Below, piece by piece: positions 38,450 to 47,883 of a stretch of 64,000 bases of DNA. The stretch covers positions 448,001-512,000 of the forward strand of contig OZ251992.1 of NCBI GenBank assembly GCA_965246885.1, read 5' to 3'. This DNA comes from Abditibacterium sp. GTDB taxonomy: Bacteria; Armatimonadota; Abditibacteriia; Abditibacteriales; Abditibacteriaceae. The notes beneath the pieces are model-generated. The model was not told the DNA's origin, made no database searches, and saw nothing but the letters and a program-made list of their open reading frames with translations. Positions within the stretch are counted from its first letter, which is position 1. Every line of letters begins with the position of its first letter. The position numbers were made by a program, and so were the translations under genes.

Positions 38450-40582
38450 ATGAAATCTCTCGATTCGCGCTCTTTGGCCTTGCTTGCGCCGCTTTTGTTG
38501 GGCACCCTCCCCGCATCGGCGCGCGGGCGCCATGTCGTCCTGCGCCCCTCCCTCGTGCCGCCCGTGTCGCGCCCCGTCCCGTTTGGCACAGCCATCAAAC
38601 GCATCGCCAACGCGCAGCTTTTGCCCGAAACCACCGCGCGCGCGGTGGAGTTACAAGGCGATGCGCTGTCCATCAGCTTGGGCGATGTCGTGCTGTTGCC
38701 GTTTACGAGCGTGACGCGCATTATTACCGAGGACGACGAAATTGCGCGCGCCTACTTCCAAAACGGCTCGCCCGTTCTGCAAGGCGTGGCAACGGGCGTC
38801 ACCAACGTGGAGATTTACCAAGCGAGCAGTTCGCCGCGCGTATTGACCATCACCGTCGGTTCCGCAACGGGGAAGCCCAAAGCTACGCCCGAACCGGTTC
38901 CCACCGTCGCTCCCTTTCCCATCGCCACGCCCATTGCGACCCGCACGCCCGCGCCACTTCCCACCGTCACGCCCGAACCGGAGCCAACCGAAGCGCCGCT
39001 TCCCCTTCCTACAACTGCGCCCGAACCCTTCGCCACGCCGCTTCCCACTGCGGCGCCCACGCCTTCGGGCGGAGACAGCATGACGCCGCCCGTTTCGGGT
39101 GGGGATACGACTCCGGCGCCCGACAACGCGCCGGTGACACCCATCGCGCCCGCGCGCTCGTCGCTGTCGATTGCCCTGCGCGCCACCCCGACGACGGGCA
39201 ATCCGGGGCAGACCACGTTTTTCGTGGACTATCGCAACCCCGGCCCGACATCCGCGCGCGGCGTGGTAGTGCGCTTCGCACTGGATGAGAGGGTTTCGTA
39301 TGTGACCGATTCGGCGTCTAACGGCGGGCAGTACGATCCGGCGCGGCGCGAGGTCAAATGGAACATTGGCAACTTGCCCGCCGGATTCGCGCGCGGGCAA
39401 TTATCGCTACGCGTCGAACCCATCGAACGCGGCGCTTTTACGTTCACCTCGCAAGCCACCATCGAGGACGCGACGGGAGACGCTCCCATCCCGTCGGCGC
39501 AACTCTCGTATTCGACGACGACCACGCCGCTTCTGACGGTCTTCGCGCTTCCCGACCGCTTTCTGGCGGCGCAAAACAAGCCGCGCCTGAACGACGTGAG
39601 CGGAACGGAAACCGAGGCCGCCGTGACCCGCTTGCAATACATGGGCGTGGTGACGGGCCGCGCGCCGGGGTTATATGAACCCGCGCAACCCGCCGAGCGC
39701 GCCGAGTATGCGGTGATGACGCTCAACGGCCTCAATCTGCGCGACCTGCGCGACGTGACGCAAATCAAGTTCGTGCTGTCGCGTCATTCGACAGTGTCGT
39801 TGGGCATCGAAAACGCGGCGGGGGTGCGGGTCGCGGATTTGATCCGCCAGACCGCGTTCGAGGCGGGCGAGCACACGGTGGTATGGAACGGCAAAACGGC
39901 GCGAGGCTTTGTCGCGCCGGGGCGTTACACGTACATCTGCACCGCGCGCGACGCGCGCGGGCAAAGCACCACGCTTCGCGGAACGCTACAGATCGTGTCC
40001 AACGAGCCGCTCCCGCTTGAAGGGATGCCTACGTTCTTGGATGTGAAGCCGTCCGACTGGTTTGCGCGCTATCTCGCGGTCGGTGAAAAGCAGGGGCTGG
40101 TCTTCGGCTTTCCCGACAAGACCTTCCGCCCCCGTCAGCCCATCTCTCGCGTGGAAGCGACGGCCATCGTGGTGCGCGCGCTTGGCCTGTCGGATGTCGC
40201 CCGCCGTTGGAGCGACAAGGACGTCGGCTTTTTGGATTACGCCGAAATTCCCAAGTGGGCGCGCGGCGATGTCAACGTGGCGACGACCCTCGCCAAAACT
40301 GCCGCCGGGCGCCCGATGCTACGCGGCACCACACAAAACACCTTCGAGCCAAACGCGCAGCTACGCCGCGATCAAGCCGCGCTGATTGTGCAGCGCCTCA
40401 TTGACCGCGAAACCACGCGCCGCGTGAGGGTTTCCGGCTCGATTGTTCCCGGCGCCGTCGTTTCCATCAACTCGCGCCCCATCTCGGCGGACGGCAACGG
40501 CACGTTCTCCTTCGACATAGACCAAACCAACTCGGCGCCCACGACGCTTTCCGTTGTGGACACGCGCGGCAACGCCTTCTAA
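38450..40582 (+). CDS. Secreted multidomain SLH protein (pilus-formation N-like, Pro/Thr linker, DUF11-like, SLH, FlgD-Ig, 2x SLH)
   Basis: FLDVKPSDWF...GFPDKTFRP..ISRVEA (SLH); AGEHTVVWNGK...PGRYTY (FlgD-Ig). Confidence 0.8.
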   Translation: MKSLDSRSLALLAPLLLGTLPASARGRHVVLRPSLVPPVSRPVPFGTAIKRIANAQLLPETTARAVELQGDALSISLGDVVLLPFTSVTRIITEDDEIARAYFQNGSPVLQGVATGVTNVEIYQASSSPRVLTITVGSATGKPKATPEPVPTVAPFPIATPIATRTPAPLPTVTPEPEPTEAPLPLPTTAPEPFATPLPTAAPTPSGGDSMTPPVSGGDTTPAPDNAPVTPIAPARSSLSIALRATPTTGNPGQTTFFVDYRNPGPTSARGVVVRFALDERVSYVTDSASNGGQYDPARREVKWNIGNLPAGFARGQLSLRVEPIERGAFTFTSQATIEDATGDAPIPSAQLSYSTTTTPLLTVFALPDRFLAAQNKPRLNDVSGTETEAAVTRLQYMGVVTGRAPGLYEPAQPAERAEYAVMTLNGLNLRDLRDVTQIKFVLSRHSTVSLGIENAAGVRVADLIRQTAFEAGEHTVVWNGKTARGFVAPGRYTYICTARDARGQSTTLRGTLQIVSNEPLPLEGMPTFLDVKPSDWFARYLAVGEKQGLVFGFPDKTFRPRQPISRVEATAIVVRALGLSDVARRWSDKDVGFLDYAEIPKWARGDVNVATTLAKTAAGRPMLRGTTQNTFEPNAQLRRDQAALIVQRLIDRETTRRVRVSGSIVPGAVVSINSRPISADGNGTFSFDIDQTNSAPTTLSVVDTRGNAF

Positions 40583-40600
40583 GACGCGGCAGGCGCCTTT

Positions 40601-41248
40601 ATGCTTCCCAAATACGACACCCTCTCCCGCCTCACCTCCGTTGGGCTGGTGGCGGTCGTGCGCGCCGAAAGCGCGGACGCGGCGCTCCGGGTAGCCGAAG
40701 CGCTTCTCGAAGGCGGTTGCCCCGCGCTCGAAATCACCTTTACCGTTCCGGGCGCGCCGAAGGTGCTTGAAGCCTTGGCCGCGCGCTACTCGCCGAGCGA
40801 ACTCATCTTGGGCGCGGGCACTGTCCTCGACCCCGAAACGGCGCGCATCGCGCTCCTCTCAGGTGCGACCTATATCGTGTCGCCCGCGCTCAACGTCGAA
40901 ACGGTGCGCTTGTGCAATCGCTACCAAGCCCCCGTTATGCCGGGCGCCATGACGCCGCGCGAGGTGATCGAGGGCTTGGAAGCGGGCGCCGACATCATCA
41001 AACTCTTCCCCGGCGAAGCGTTCGGGCCGAGTTTCCTGCGCGCTTTGAAAGGCCCGCTCCCGCAAGCGCCGCTTATGCCAACGGGCGGGGTGGATTTGGG
41101 CAACGTCGGCGAATGGATACGCGCGGGCGCCGTTGCGGTAGGCGCCGGTTCGAGCCTAAGCGGAGCCGCGCGCAATGGCGACTACGCTGGTGTGTCCACG
41201 ACAGCGCGCCAGTTCATCGAGGCCATCCGCGCCGCGCGCAGCGGTTGA
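40601..41248 (+). CDS. eda: KDPG/KHG aldolase
   Basis: EITF, GAGTVLD, IKLFP and LMPTGGV motifs. Confidence 0.93.
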   Translation: MLPKYDTLSRLTSVGLVAVVRAESADAALRVAEALLEGGCPALEITFTVPGAPKVLEALAARYSPSELILGAGTVLDPETARIALLSGATYIVSPALNVETVRLCNRYQAPVMPGAMTPREVIEGLEAGADIIKLFPGEAFGPSFLRALKGPLPQAPLMPTGGVDLGNVGEWIRAGAVAVGAGSSLSGAARNGDYAGVSTTARQFIEAIRAARSG

Positions 41249-41320
41249 GTGGGCGGCTGAGCATCTTCTGCCAGACCCGCGCGTGTGGTTTCCGTTTATA
41301 ATGAAGTGGAAGCACACACT

Positions 41321-42115
41321 ATGAACACCAAACACTTATCTGCAACGGTTACACTTGCGAGCGCGTTCGCGCTCGCCGGGGTCTTTCGTCCCGCCCTTGC
41401 CGCACCCGCGACGCCGCTCAAAGTCGGGCAGGGCGGCACGACGACACTGGAGAAGAACGCGAGCGTGGATTATACGGTCTCGCTTCCTAAAGGTTTATAC
41501 CGCATCGTGTGGGACGCGGAGCGCGTGGACGGGCGGGAGTCGAACATACAAGGCGAACTGGAATTACTCAAGCCCAACGGCGTGGTGCTGAACTCTTCGC
41601 TCGCCAGTTTCAACGCCATTGCCGTCGCCAGTCGCGTCGGGACGACCTACCGCGCGCCCAAGCCGTTCGTGGCGCGCTTTCGACTTCGTAACGAGGATGC
41701 GCCGCTCCATGTCTGGTTTCGCGTGGTGTCCGCGCAAGCCGCGCGGGTGCCGTTTGGCTGGGGCGCGAAGGTCACGCCCGCGCGCATTTCAAGTGACAAC
41801 GGTGTCGGCGGGAGTCTCGAACCGAATCAGAGCGCTTTCCACGCCATCACTCTGCCGCCCGGCAAGTGGAGCATCTCGCTCGGTTTGCAACTGCCCGACG
41901 GCCAGAACTCCAATCTTCAAGGTTCTATCGACCGCTTGGACGCGCAGGGGTTTATGGTGAAAAAGGACTTCGTCAGTCTGAATAAGATAGACACTCAGGC
42001 CCGCGACGAGGGCATCCTGACGATCACCAAGCCGACGCCGATCCTCCTGCGCGTCAACAACGATTCGGGCGGCAAGAGCTACAAATACGACGTCACTATC
42101 GAGAAGGCGAGCTAA
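41321..42115 (+). CDS. Secreted protein with two tandem homologous beta domains
   Basis: Signal peptide (ALA|A); duplicated LExN...LPxG...DGxxSNxQG. Confidence 0.7.
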   Translation: MNTKHLSATVTLASAFALAGVFRPALAAPATPLKVGQGGTTTLEKNASVDYTVSLPKGLYRIVWDAERVDGRESNIQGELELLKPNGVVLNSSLASFNAIAVASRVGTTYRAPKPFVARFRLRNEDAPLHVWFRVVSAQAARVPFGWGAKVTPARISSDNGVGGSLEPNQSAFHAITLPPGKWSISLGLQLPDGQNSNLQGSIDRLDAQGFMVKKDFVSLNKIDTQARDEGILTITKPTPILLRVNNDSGGKSYKYDVTIEKAS

Positions 42116-42238
42116 GACCCGCAAGCGACTGAAGTCGCAGCCATCGGGAATGTCGGCCTTCGCCGACGGCCACCGCGTCAACGAAGGTTGACGATTTCAC
42201 TGGCTGCGACTTCAGTCGCTTGCGGGTCTTAGCTCGCC
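42106..42238. repeat. REPIN-like palindrome (38-bp arms)
   Basis: Arms 42106-42143 and 42201-42238 contain gcgactgaagtcgc; inner gtcggccttcgccgac is identical to the 17280 element. Confidence 0.85.
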
Positions 42239-43531
42239 CATCGCCGCTTCGATGTCGTCGGCTTCCAAGGGGACGCCGTCCATCAAGTCCTCATTCTCGG
42301 TTTCGCTGATGACGACGAGGTTTTCCAAGCGGATGCCGAGCGCCTCGTCGGGGATGTAGAGGCCCGGTTCGACGGTGACGACCATCCCCGGCGCGAGGGG
42401 CACCCAAGGAAAGGAAACGTCGTGCGTTTCGAGGCCGATGTGGTGACTGACGCCGTGCGGAAAGAACTTTTTGAAGGCGGGCTTGGCGTCGGGGTCGTCG
42501 AAGTAGCCCTCCGGCGCGCGCGCTTCGGGCTGGACGAGGCCCAGTTCGATGAGTTCTCCCTCCATGAAGCGCTCGACGTTTTGCTGCACGTCGCGGAGCA
42601 ACACGCCGGGGCGGAGCAACGTCTTGGTGTGTTTGAGGGCGCGCAGAACGGCGTCATACACAGCGCGTTGGCGGGGAGTAAAGCGGCCATTAACGGGGAT
42701 GGTGCGCGTCATGTCGGAGTGGTAGTTCGCGTATTGCGCGGCGCAGTCGAGGAGGAGCAGGTCGCCGTCCGCGCAGGTGGCGTTGTTCTCGATGTAGTGC
42801 AAAACGGTCGCGTTCTTGCCGGAGGCCACGATGGGCGCAAAGGAGAAGCTGCGCGAGCGGCGCGTGTATTCGTGGGCCAGTTCCGCTTCGACCTCGTACT
42901 CTTTGACGCCGGGACGGACAAAGCGGAGCAACCGCTCAAACCCGGCGACGGTCGCGCGCGTCGCTTCGCGGATGGCCTCCAACTCTTCGGCGCTCTTGGT
43001 CATGCGGAGCGGGGTGAGCAAGGGCGCGAGGCGGTGCAGGTCGTGGAGCGGGTAATCGCGGCGGATTTCTTCGACGACGCGGCGCTCGCGGGTGGGAACC
43101 TCGGAGGAGTTGCGCGTGTGTTCGTTGAAACCTAAGTAGACGGACTGCGCCTCGAACAGGGCTTCCTTGAAAGGGCGCCCGCTTTCGCCGTGCCAGTAAA
43201 CCGTCTCGATGCCGGTCGCTTCGCGCGCCTGCTCTTTGGACAGACGCGCGCCTTCCCAGACGGCGATCTGCTCGCTGGTTTCGCGCAGGAAGAGCATTTC
43301 GCGCCGTTTGGGATTGTGGCACGAGGGGAACAGGACGAGCGTGGTTTCCTCTTGGTCTACGCCGCACGCCCACAGGAGGTCGGAGTTCTGGGCGAAGCCC
43401 ATCACGCCGTCAGCGTTGGTGGGCATGGGGTCGTTGGAACTGAGGATGGCGAGAGCGCCGGGGGGGAGTAGGGCAGTGAGGCGCGCGCGGTTGGACTGAT
43501 AGAAGGAGGGGGATAAGCGGGTGTAGCGCAT
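42212..43531 (-). CDS. pepP: Xaa-Pro aminopeptidase
   Basis: QNSDL, IVASG.NATVLHY, SDMTRT, HGVSHHIGLETHD, TVEPGLY and GIRLEN motifs. Confidence 0.92.
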   Translation of the reverse strand: MRYTRLSPSFYQSNRARLTALLPPGALAILSSNDPMPTNADGVMGFAQNSDLLWACGVDQEETTLVLFPSCHNPKRREMLFLRETSEQIAVWEGARLSKEQAREATGIETVYWHGESGRPFKEALFEAQSVYLGFNEHTRNSSEVPTRERRVVEEIRRDYPLHDLHRLAPLLTPLRMTKSAEELEAIREATRATVAGFERLLRFVRPGVKEYEVEAELAHEYTRRSRSFSFAPIVASGKNATVLHYIENNATCADGDLLLLDCAAQYANYHSDMTRTIPVNGRFTPRQRAVYDAVLRALKHTKTLLRPGVLLRDVQQNVERFMEGELIELGLVQPEARAPEGYFDDPDAKPAFKKFFPHGVSHHIGLETHDVSFPWVPLAPGMVVTVEPGLYIPDEALGIRLENLVVISETENEDLMDGVPLEADDIEAAMGELRPASD

Positions 43532-43552
43532 TAGGGGAGCAGTTTGAGCGAT

Positions 43553-44434
43553 TCAGGAAGCGCCCAGCATCCGCGCCAAGAACAACTCTTTGGCCGCTTC
43601 GACTTGCACGGAAACGGACACCCGCGCGTTGGGATGGCCCTCGACGCGGCGTGTGACGGCGCGGGCGTCGCCGGATAAGACGGTCTCCAAGCGCATCGGC
43701 TCGAACGCCACGACATCCGCGAAAAGCGTCAAGACGGTGAGGGGGTCGTGCAAGAAGACGCGGTGCTCCCACAAGCGGATGAGGTCGCCCAAGAAGCGGG
43801 CGCCCGCGTCACCGGATTTGGAGAAGCGCGCGCTTTGCTCGTCGCTCAAGACGACTTGTTCGGTGACGTCGAAGGAAACGAGGGTGACGTCGGCGCCGCT
43901 TCCCAGCACGACGGCGGCGGCTTCGGGGTCGCAGCGAATGTTCCACTCGGCCTCGTCGCGGCCCCACAAGGCGCCCATCGCGCGGATGCGGAGGTGCGGG
44001 ATGATGTCGGGCGCGAGGCGAAGCGCAAGCGCGGCGTTGGAAAGGGCGCCGATGCAAACGAGGGTGAGTTTCTCACTCCGCGCGCCGAACTCGCGGGCAG
44101 TTTGGATAAGATAGTCAACGGCGTGACGCGGCTCCGTCCACCTTTCCGCCGGGTCGAGCGCCTCGAACTGGCGGCCCAACTGCCGCCCATCGGGGAAGGC
44201 GTCCCAGTCGGGCAAAATCGGCTCGGAGCATCCGGCGTAAACGGGCACGTCCGCCGCACCGAAGGTATCCAGCACTTCGCGGGCGAGTAGGGCACGGCGC
44301 GGGGCGTCGCGGAAAACGGTGGTGACGCCGACCAGCCGCAGTTCGGGGCAACGCAGCGCCAAGCCGAGGGCGAGGGCGTCGTCTATATCGTCGCCGACAT
44401 CGGTGTCTATAATCAAGGAAAGCGGCTGGCGCAT
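43553..44434 (-). CDS. Nucleoside hydrolase family protein
   Basis: DTDVGDDIDDALA, AEWNIRCDPEAA and LHDPL motifs. Confidence 0.9.
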   Translation of the reverse strand: MRQPLSLIIDTDVGDDIDDALALGLALRCPELRLVGVTTVFRDAPRRALLAREVLDTFGAADVPVYAGCSEPILPDWDAFPDGRQLGRQFEALDPAERWTEPRHAVDYLIQTAREFGARSEKLTLVCIGALSNAALALRLAPDIIPHLRIRAMGALWGRDEAEWNIRCDPEAAAVVLGSGADVTLVSFDVTEQVVLSDEQSARFSKSGDAGARFLGDLIRLWEHRVFLHDPLTVLTLFADVVAFEPMRLETVLSGDARAVTRRVEGHPNARVSVSVQVEAAKELFLARMLGAS

Positions 44435-44440
44435 GGTGGC

Positions 44441-44475
44441 AAAAGAAAGGGCGCGCATCCCGGATGCGCGCCCTT
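44441..44475 (-). terminator. Hairpin/terminator after the TolB-like gene
   Basis: aagggcgcgcatcc-c-ggatgcgcgccctt followed by a T-rich tract on the minus strand. Confidence 0.65.
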
Positions 44476-44496
44476 GCAGTATGTGCTTCCGGCGCC

Positions 44497-45603
44497 TTAG
44501 CCGGAACCCGGCAAAAAGGCGGGAGAGAAGTTGTCGCTGGTATCGCCTACCGGGATTTTGGTGGGCGCTGAATACGGCGTCTTAGCCGAAAAGACTTGGC
44601 GGCGCGAGTTCGCGCTGGCGGAGTCGAAGAACAGGGTCTGCGAGTCGCGGCCCCAGTTGCCCACGCGGTTACTGGTTCCGGGCGCGGGCGAGCCGCCGTC
44701 GCGCGCGCTGGTGCCCACGTTAAAGACCAGAGCCTGCGCTGAGGCCATCGCCGAGCCGTTGGCCACCATGCCCAGTGTGTAAGCGACGCGACTCCCATCG
44801 GGCGAAAGGGCGAGGCCAAAGACGCCCTGCCCGGTGCTCAGGCCCGAACCGATGCGCTTGGTGACGGTTTGCGTTGCGATGTTGTAGATGGCGACGGGCT
44901 GCGTCGTGTTGGTGGTGGCGACGTAGGCGAGGTTGCCGTTGCGGTCGAGCGAGGGATAAGCGGAGGGTTCGCGGATGGCTTGGACTTGGTTGGCGCCGCT
45001 TACGTCCATGCGCCAGATGTGGGGAACTCTATCGGTGGCCTGCCCGTTCGCGTCCAAGGCGCCACGTGTCGAAGTCCAGTAGATGTAGCGGCCATCGGAC
45101 GAGTAAACGGGGTTGTAATCGTCGGGGTTGTTGGCGACGGCGGTGTCTTTGGTCAGTTGGACAAAGCCCGACCCATCCACGTTGATGGAGCCGATTTCGA
45201 TGTTGTTGGTGCCCCCAGCGCTGTTCGAGTCGCCGAATTGAAAAGCGACGCGCGTGCCATCGAAGGAAACGGACGGCTTATCCACGCCCGCCGAGATGGT
45301 AGCGGGGAACTTCGTCAATCGCGTGACGCTGGTGCCGTCGGGGTTCGATTTGTACAAGTCGGTGCCGCCCGAAGTGGAGTTGCGGTTGGACACGAACACG
45401 ACTTGGTTGCCCACAACGGTCGTGCCGCCACTTCCGGGAACGGGCGTCGAAGTCGGGACGGGAGTGTTGGTGGGAGTGGCGTTGGGGTTGGGCGTGGCGG
45501 TGGGCGTCGAGATGCCGGTTCCGCCGCCGCCGCACCCGGCCAAGAGCAGGGCGAGAGCGCCCAACAGGGAAGACGCGAAGCCGCGTCGCAGGGTAGTTGT
45601 CAT
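44497..45603 (-). CDS. TolB-like (PD40) beta-propeller lipoprotein
   Basis: Lipobox LLAGC; Pro/Thr linker; FVSNR, PSVSFDG, PVYSSDG and SPDG repeats. Confidence 0.82.
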   Translation of the reverse strand: MTTTLRRGFASSLLGALALLLAGCGGGGTGISTPTATPNPNATPTNTPVPTSTPVPGSGGTTVVGNQVVFVSNRNSTSGGTDLYKSNPDGTSVTRLTKFPATISAGVDKPSVSFDGTRVAFQFGDSNSAGGTNNIEIGSINVDGSGFVQLTKDTAVANNPDDYNPVYSSDGRYIYWTSTRGALDANGQATDRVPHIWRMDVSGANQVQAIREPSAYPSLDRNGNLAYVATTNTTQPVAIYNIATQTVTKRIGSGLSTGQGVFGLALSPDGSRVAYTLGMVANGSAMASAQALVFNVGTSARDGGSPAPGTSNRVGNWGRDSQTLFFDSASANSRRQVFSAKTPYSAPTKIPVGDTSDNFSPAFLPGSG

Positions 45604-45638
45604 AGCGGTGGGCATTTTAACACGAAAGCGGGCGCAAG

Positions 45639-46355
45639 TCACGGCTTCGGCGGCGATTTCTCCCCGGTGAGCACGAAAATCACCAGCCCCCAAAAGCACT
45701 GCACCGCCGCTTGAAAGGGAAACTGGAGCGCAAGCGGAAGCGCATACAGCACCAGCACGGCGGGCGTCCACACGAGCAGCGCCGATGCATACATCGGCGC
45801 CAGACGCTCCCGCACCCACCCGCGCCCCAGAAACTGCCGCGTCTGGTCGGGTGAATAGCCGCAATCCTTGAACGCGAACGCCCACACGATGAGCGGCATC
45901 ACCAAAAGCGGCGTGAACGCCCCCAAATCACACGCGGATTTCAGCGCAACAGTGCGCCAGTCCGCCCCTGCGCCCCATACATGCGCTTGAAGCGCGTAGA
46001 AAGTATCGGTCACTCCCCCTTGAAGCGCCCAAAACGCGAGCAGAAACGGCAGATCGCGCGTCCGCGCCTGCGTCCGCCCACTCCGTTGCAAGCGCGACAA
46101 CCCGAACGGCAGCAACCCGGCGGCGAAGGCTTGCGCGGGCATCGAAAACTCCAACCCCAGCCGCGCCTTGAACGCCGCCAATTCTCCCAGCGCCGCTTGC
46201 GTCGCGGGATTGACGCGCCACGCCCAGAAAATGAGCAGCGACGCCGCCCACAACCCCAGCGCGGGCCAAATGTTGGCGGCGAACGCCCGACGAATTGAAT
46301 CCAAAGCCCCCCAGTTTGCCCCCGTTGCCCGCGCCCGCGCTGGATCAGCCCACAA
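45639..46355 (-). CDS. Membrane protein, Mpv17/PMP22-like
   Basis: Multi-TM; 'VWTPAVLVLYALPLALQFPF...CFW' pattern. Confidence 0.55.
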   Translation of the reverse strand: MWADPARARATGANWGALDSIRRAFAANIWPALGLWAASLLIFWAWRVNPATQAALGELAAFKARLGLEFSMPAQAFAAGLLPFGLSRLQRSGRTQARTRDLPFLLAFWALQGGVTDTFYALQAHVWGAGADWRTVALKSACDLGAFTPLLVMPLIVWAFAFKDCGYSPDQTRQFLGRGWVRERLAPMYASALLVWTPAVLVLYALPLALQFPFQAAVQCFWGLVIFVLTGEKSPPKP

Positions 46356-47685
46356 AAGCGCGGTAGATGGCGTTCATGGCGCGCTCGTAGTCGGCCTCGT
46401 CCACGCCGACGATGATGTTAATCTCGCTCGCGCCCTGACTAATCATGCGCACGTTGACGCGGGCTTCGCGCAGGGCGTCGAACAGGGTACCCGCGACGCC
46501 CACGCGATACGCCATGCCTTCGCCAACGGTGGCAAGGAGCGCCATTTTGGGCAGCAGTTCGATGCGGTCGGGCTGAAGCGTCCGCTCCATTTCGCGCACG
46601 ATGGCATTTTCCCGGCCCGCCCATTGGTCGTCGGACACCACGACGGACATAGAATCAATGGCGGAAGGCATATGCTCGAAGGAGACGCCGTTGGTTTCGA
46701 GAATCTCCAAGGCGCGCCGTCCAAAGCCGCGCGACTGGTTCATCAGCGCCTTCTCGATGTAAACGGTGGAGAACCCCTTGCGCCCCGCGATGCCGACGAT
46801 TTGCCCCTCGCGCGAGTCGCGCGCGGCGACGATGCAGGTTCCTGTGTCGTCGGGGGCGTTGGTGTTCTTGATGTGAATCGGGATGCCCGCTTCGCTCGCG
46901 GGGAAGATGGTTTCTTCGTGCAACACCTGCGCGCCCATATACGCTAACTCGCGCAGTTCGCGGTAGGTGACTTCAGCGATGGGGCGGGGGTTTTCGACGA
47001 CGCGCGGGTCGGCCATCAGGAGGCCGGAGACGTCCGTCCAGTTCTGGTAAACGCTTGCGCCGACGGCGCGGGCGACGACGGCGCCGGTGATGTCGCTGCC
47101 GCCGCGCGGGAAGGTTTTGATCTTGCCCTGCCGGTCGCGCCCATAAAAGCCGGGGACAACGTAGCGCGCCCCGTCGTCGCTCATCTGCGCCGCGAGGTTA
47201 GCGTAGGAAGCGGGGTCGAGCATCCCTTCGTCGTCGAAGCGGATGCTTTCGCCAACGGGCACGAACTGCGCGCCCAAATAGTCGGCGACCAGAAGCGCGA
47301 GGCAAAACTCGCCGCGCGCCGCCATCCAGTCGCGGGTGGCGAGCGAATCGGCGCCCTTTGCCAAGCGCCTAAGCTCCGCGTCCGCTTCGTCCAACGGCCC
47401 GCCCAAACGCGCCACGCCCAAGCCGTCGGCAATAGCGTCGTAGCGCTCGCGGATAAGACCGAGGGGTTGCGCGTAGTCCAGCTTTTGTGCGGCCAAATGC
47501 CAGCAAGTGAGGAGCAAGTCGGTGATCTTCGCGTCGTCCTTGCTGCGCTTTCCCGGCGCCGACACCACGACAAAGCGCCGCCGCGCATCGGCTTCGACGA
47601 TGGCTTTGACTTTGGCGATTTGCCCCGCGTCGGCAAGGCTGGTGCCGCCAAACTTGACGACGATGTGTTCTGTGGACTGGGACAT
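46345..47685 (-). CDS. lysC: Aspartate kinase
   Basis: VVKFGGTSLA, VVSAPG, RGGSDITG, WTDVSG..MADPR and two ACT domains. Confidence 0.93.
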   Translation of the reverse strand: MSQSTEHIVVKFGGTSLADAGQIAKVKAIVEADARRRFVVVSAPGKRSKDDAKITDLLLTCWHLAAQKLDYAQPLGLIRERYDAIADGLGVARLGGPLDEADAELRRLAKGADSLATRDWMAARGEFCLALLVADYLGAQFVPVGESIRFDDEGMLDPASYANLAAQMSDDGARYVVPGFYGRDRQGKIKTFPRGGSDITGAVVARAVGASVYQNWTDVSGLLMADPRVVENPRPIAEVTYRELRELAYMGAQVLHEETIFPASEAGIPIHIKNTNAPDDTGTCIVAARDSREGQIVGIAGRKGFSTVYIEKALMNQSRGFGRRALEILETNGVSFEHMPSAIDSMSVVVSDDQWAGRENAIVREMERTLQPDRIELLPKMALLATVGEGMAYRVGVAGTLFDALREARVNVRMISQGASEINIIVGVDEADYERAMNAIYRAFVG

Positions 47686-47724
47686 GGTTGGGAGGGGGGA
47701 GTGTAAGGGGGACGCCGCAACTTC

Positions 47725-47867
47725 GTTCCCGGCGCTAAAGCACCGGGCTATACCGACGCTGCGCGCCGCACTGCCCGCCTTCGCGGGCAAAACGCAGTTC
47801 GTGATGGCCACGAAGGTGGCCTGTGGCGCCGCAGGCGCGTGTAGCCCGGTCATTCATGGCCGGGAAC
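47725..47867. repeat. REPIN-like element with a GTAG-type REP
   Basis: gtagcccggtcattcatggccggg at 47841 with an inverted partner at 47728-47751; inner gcccgccttcgcgggc / ggccacgaaggtggcc. Confidence 0.75.
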
Positions 47868-47883
47868 CGTATGGTTGGCCGCC

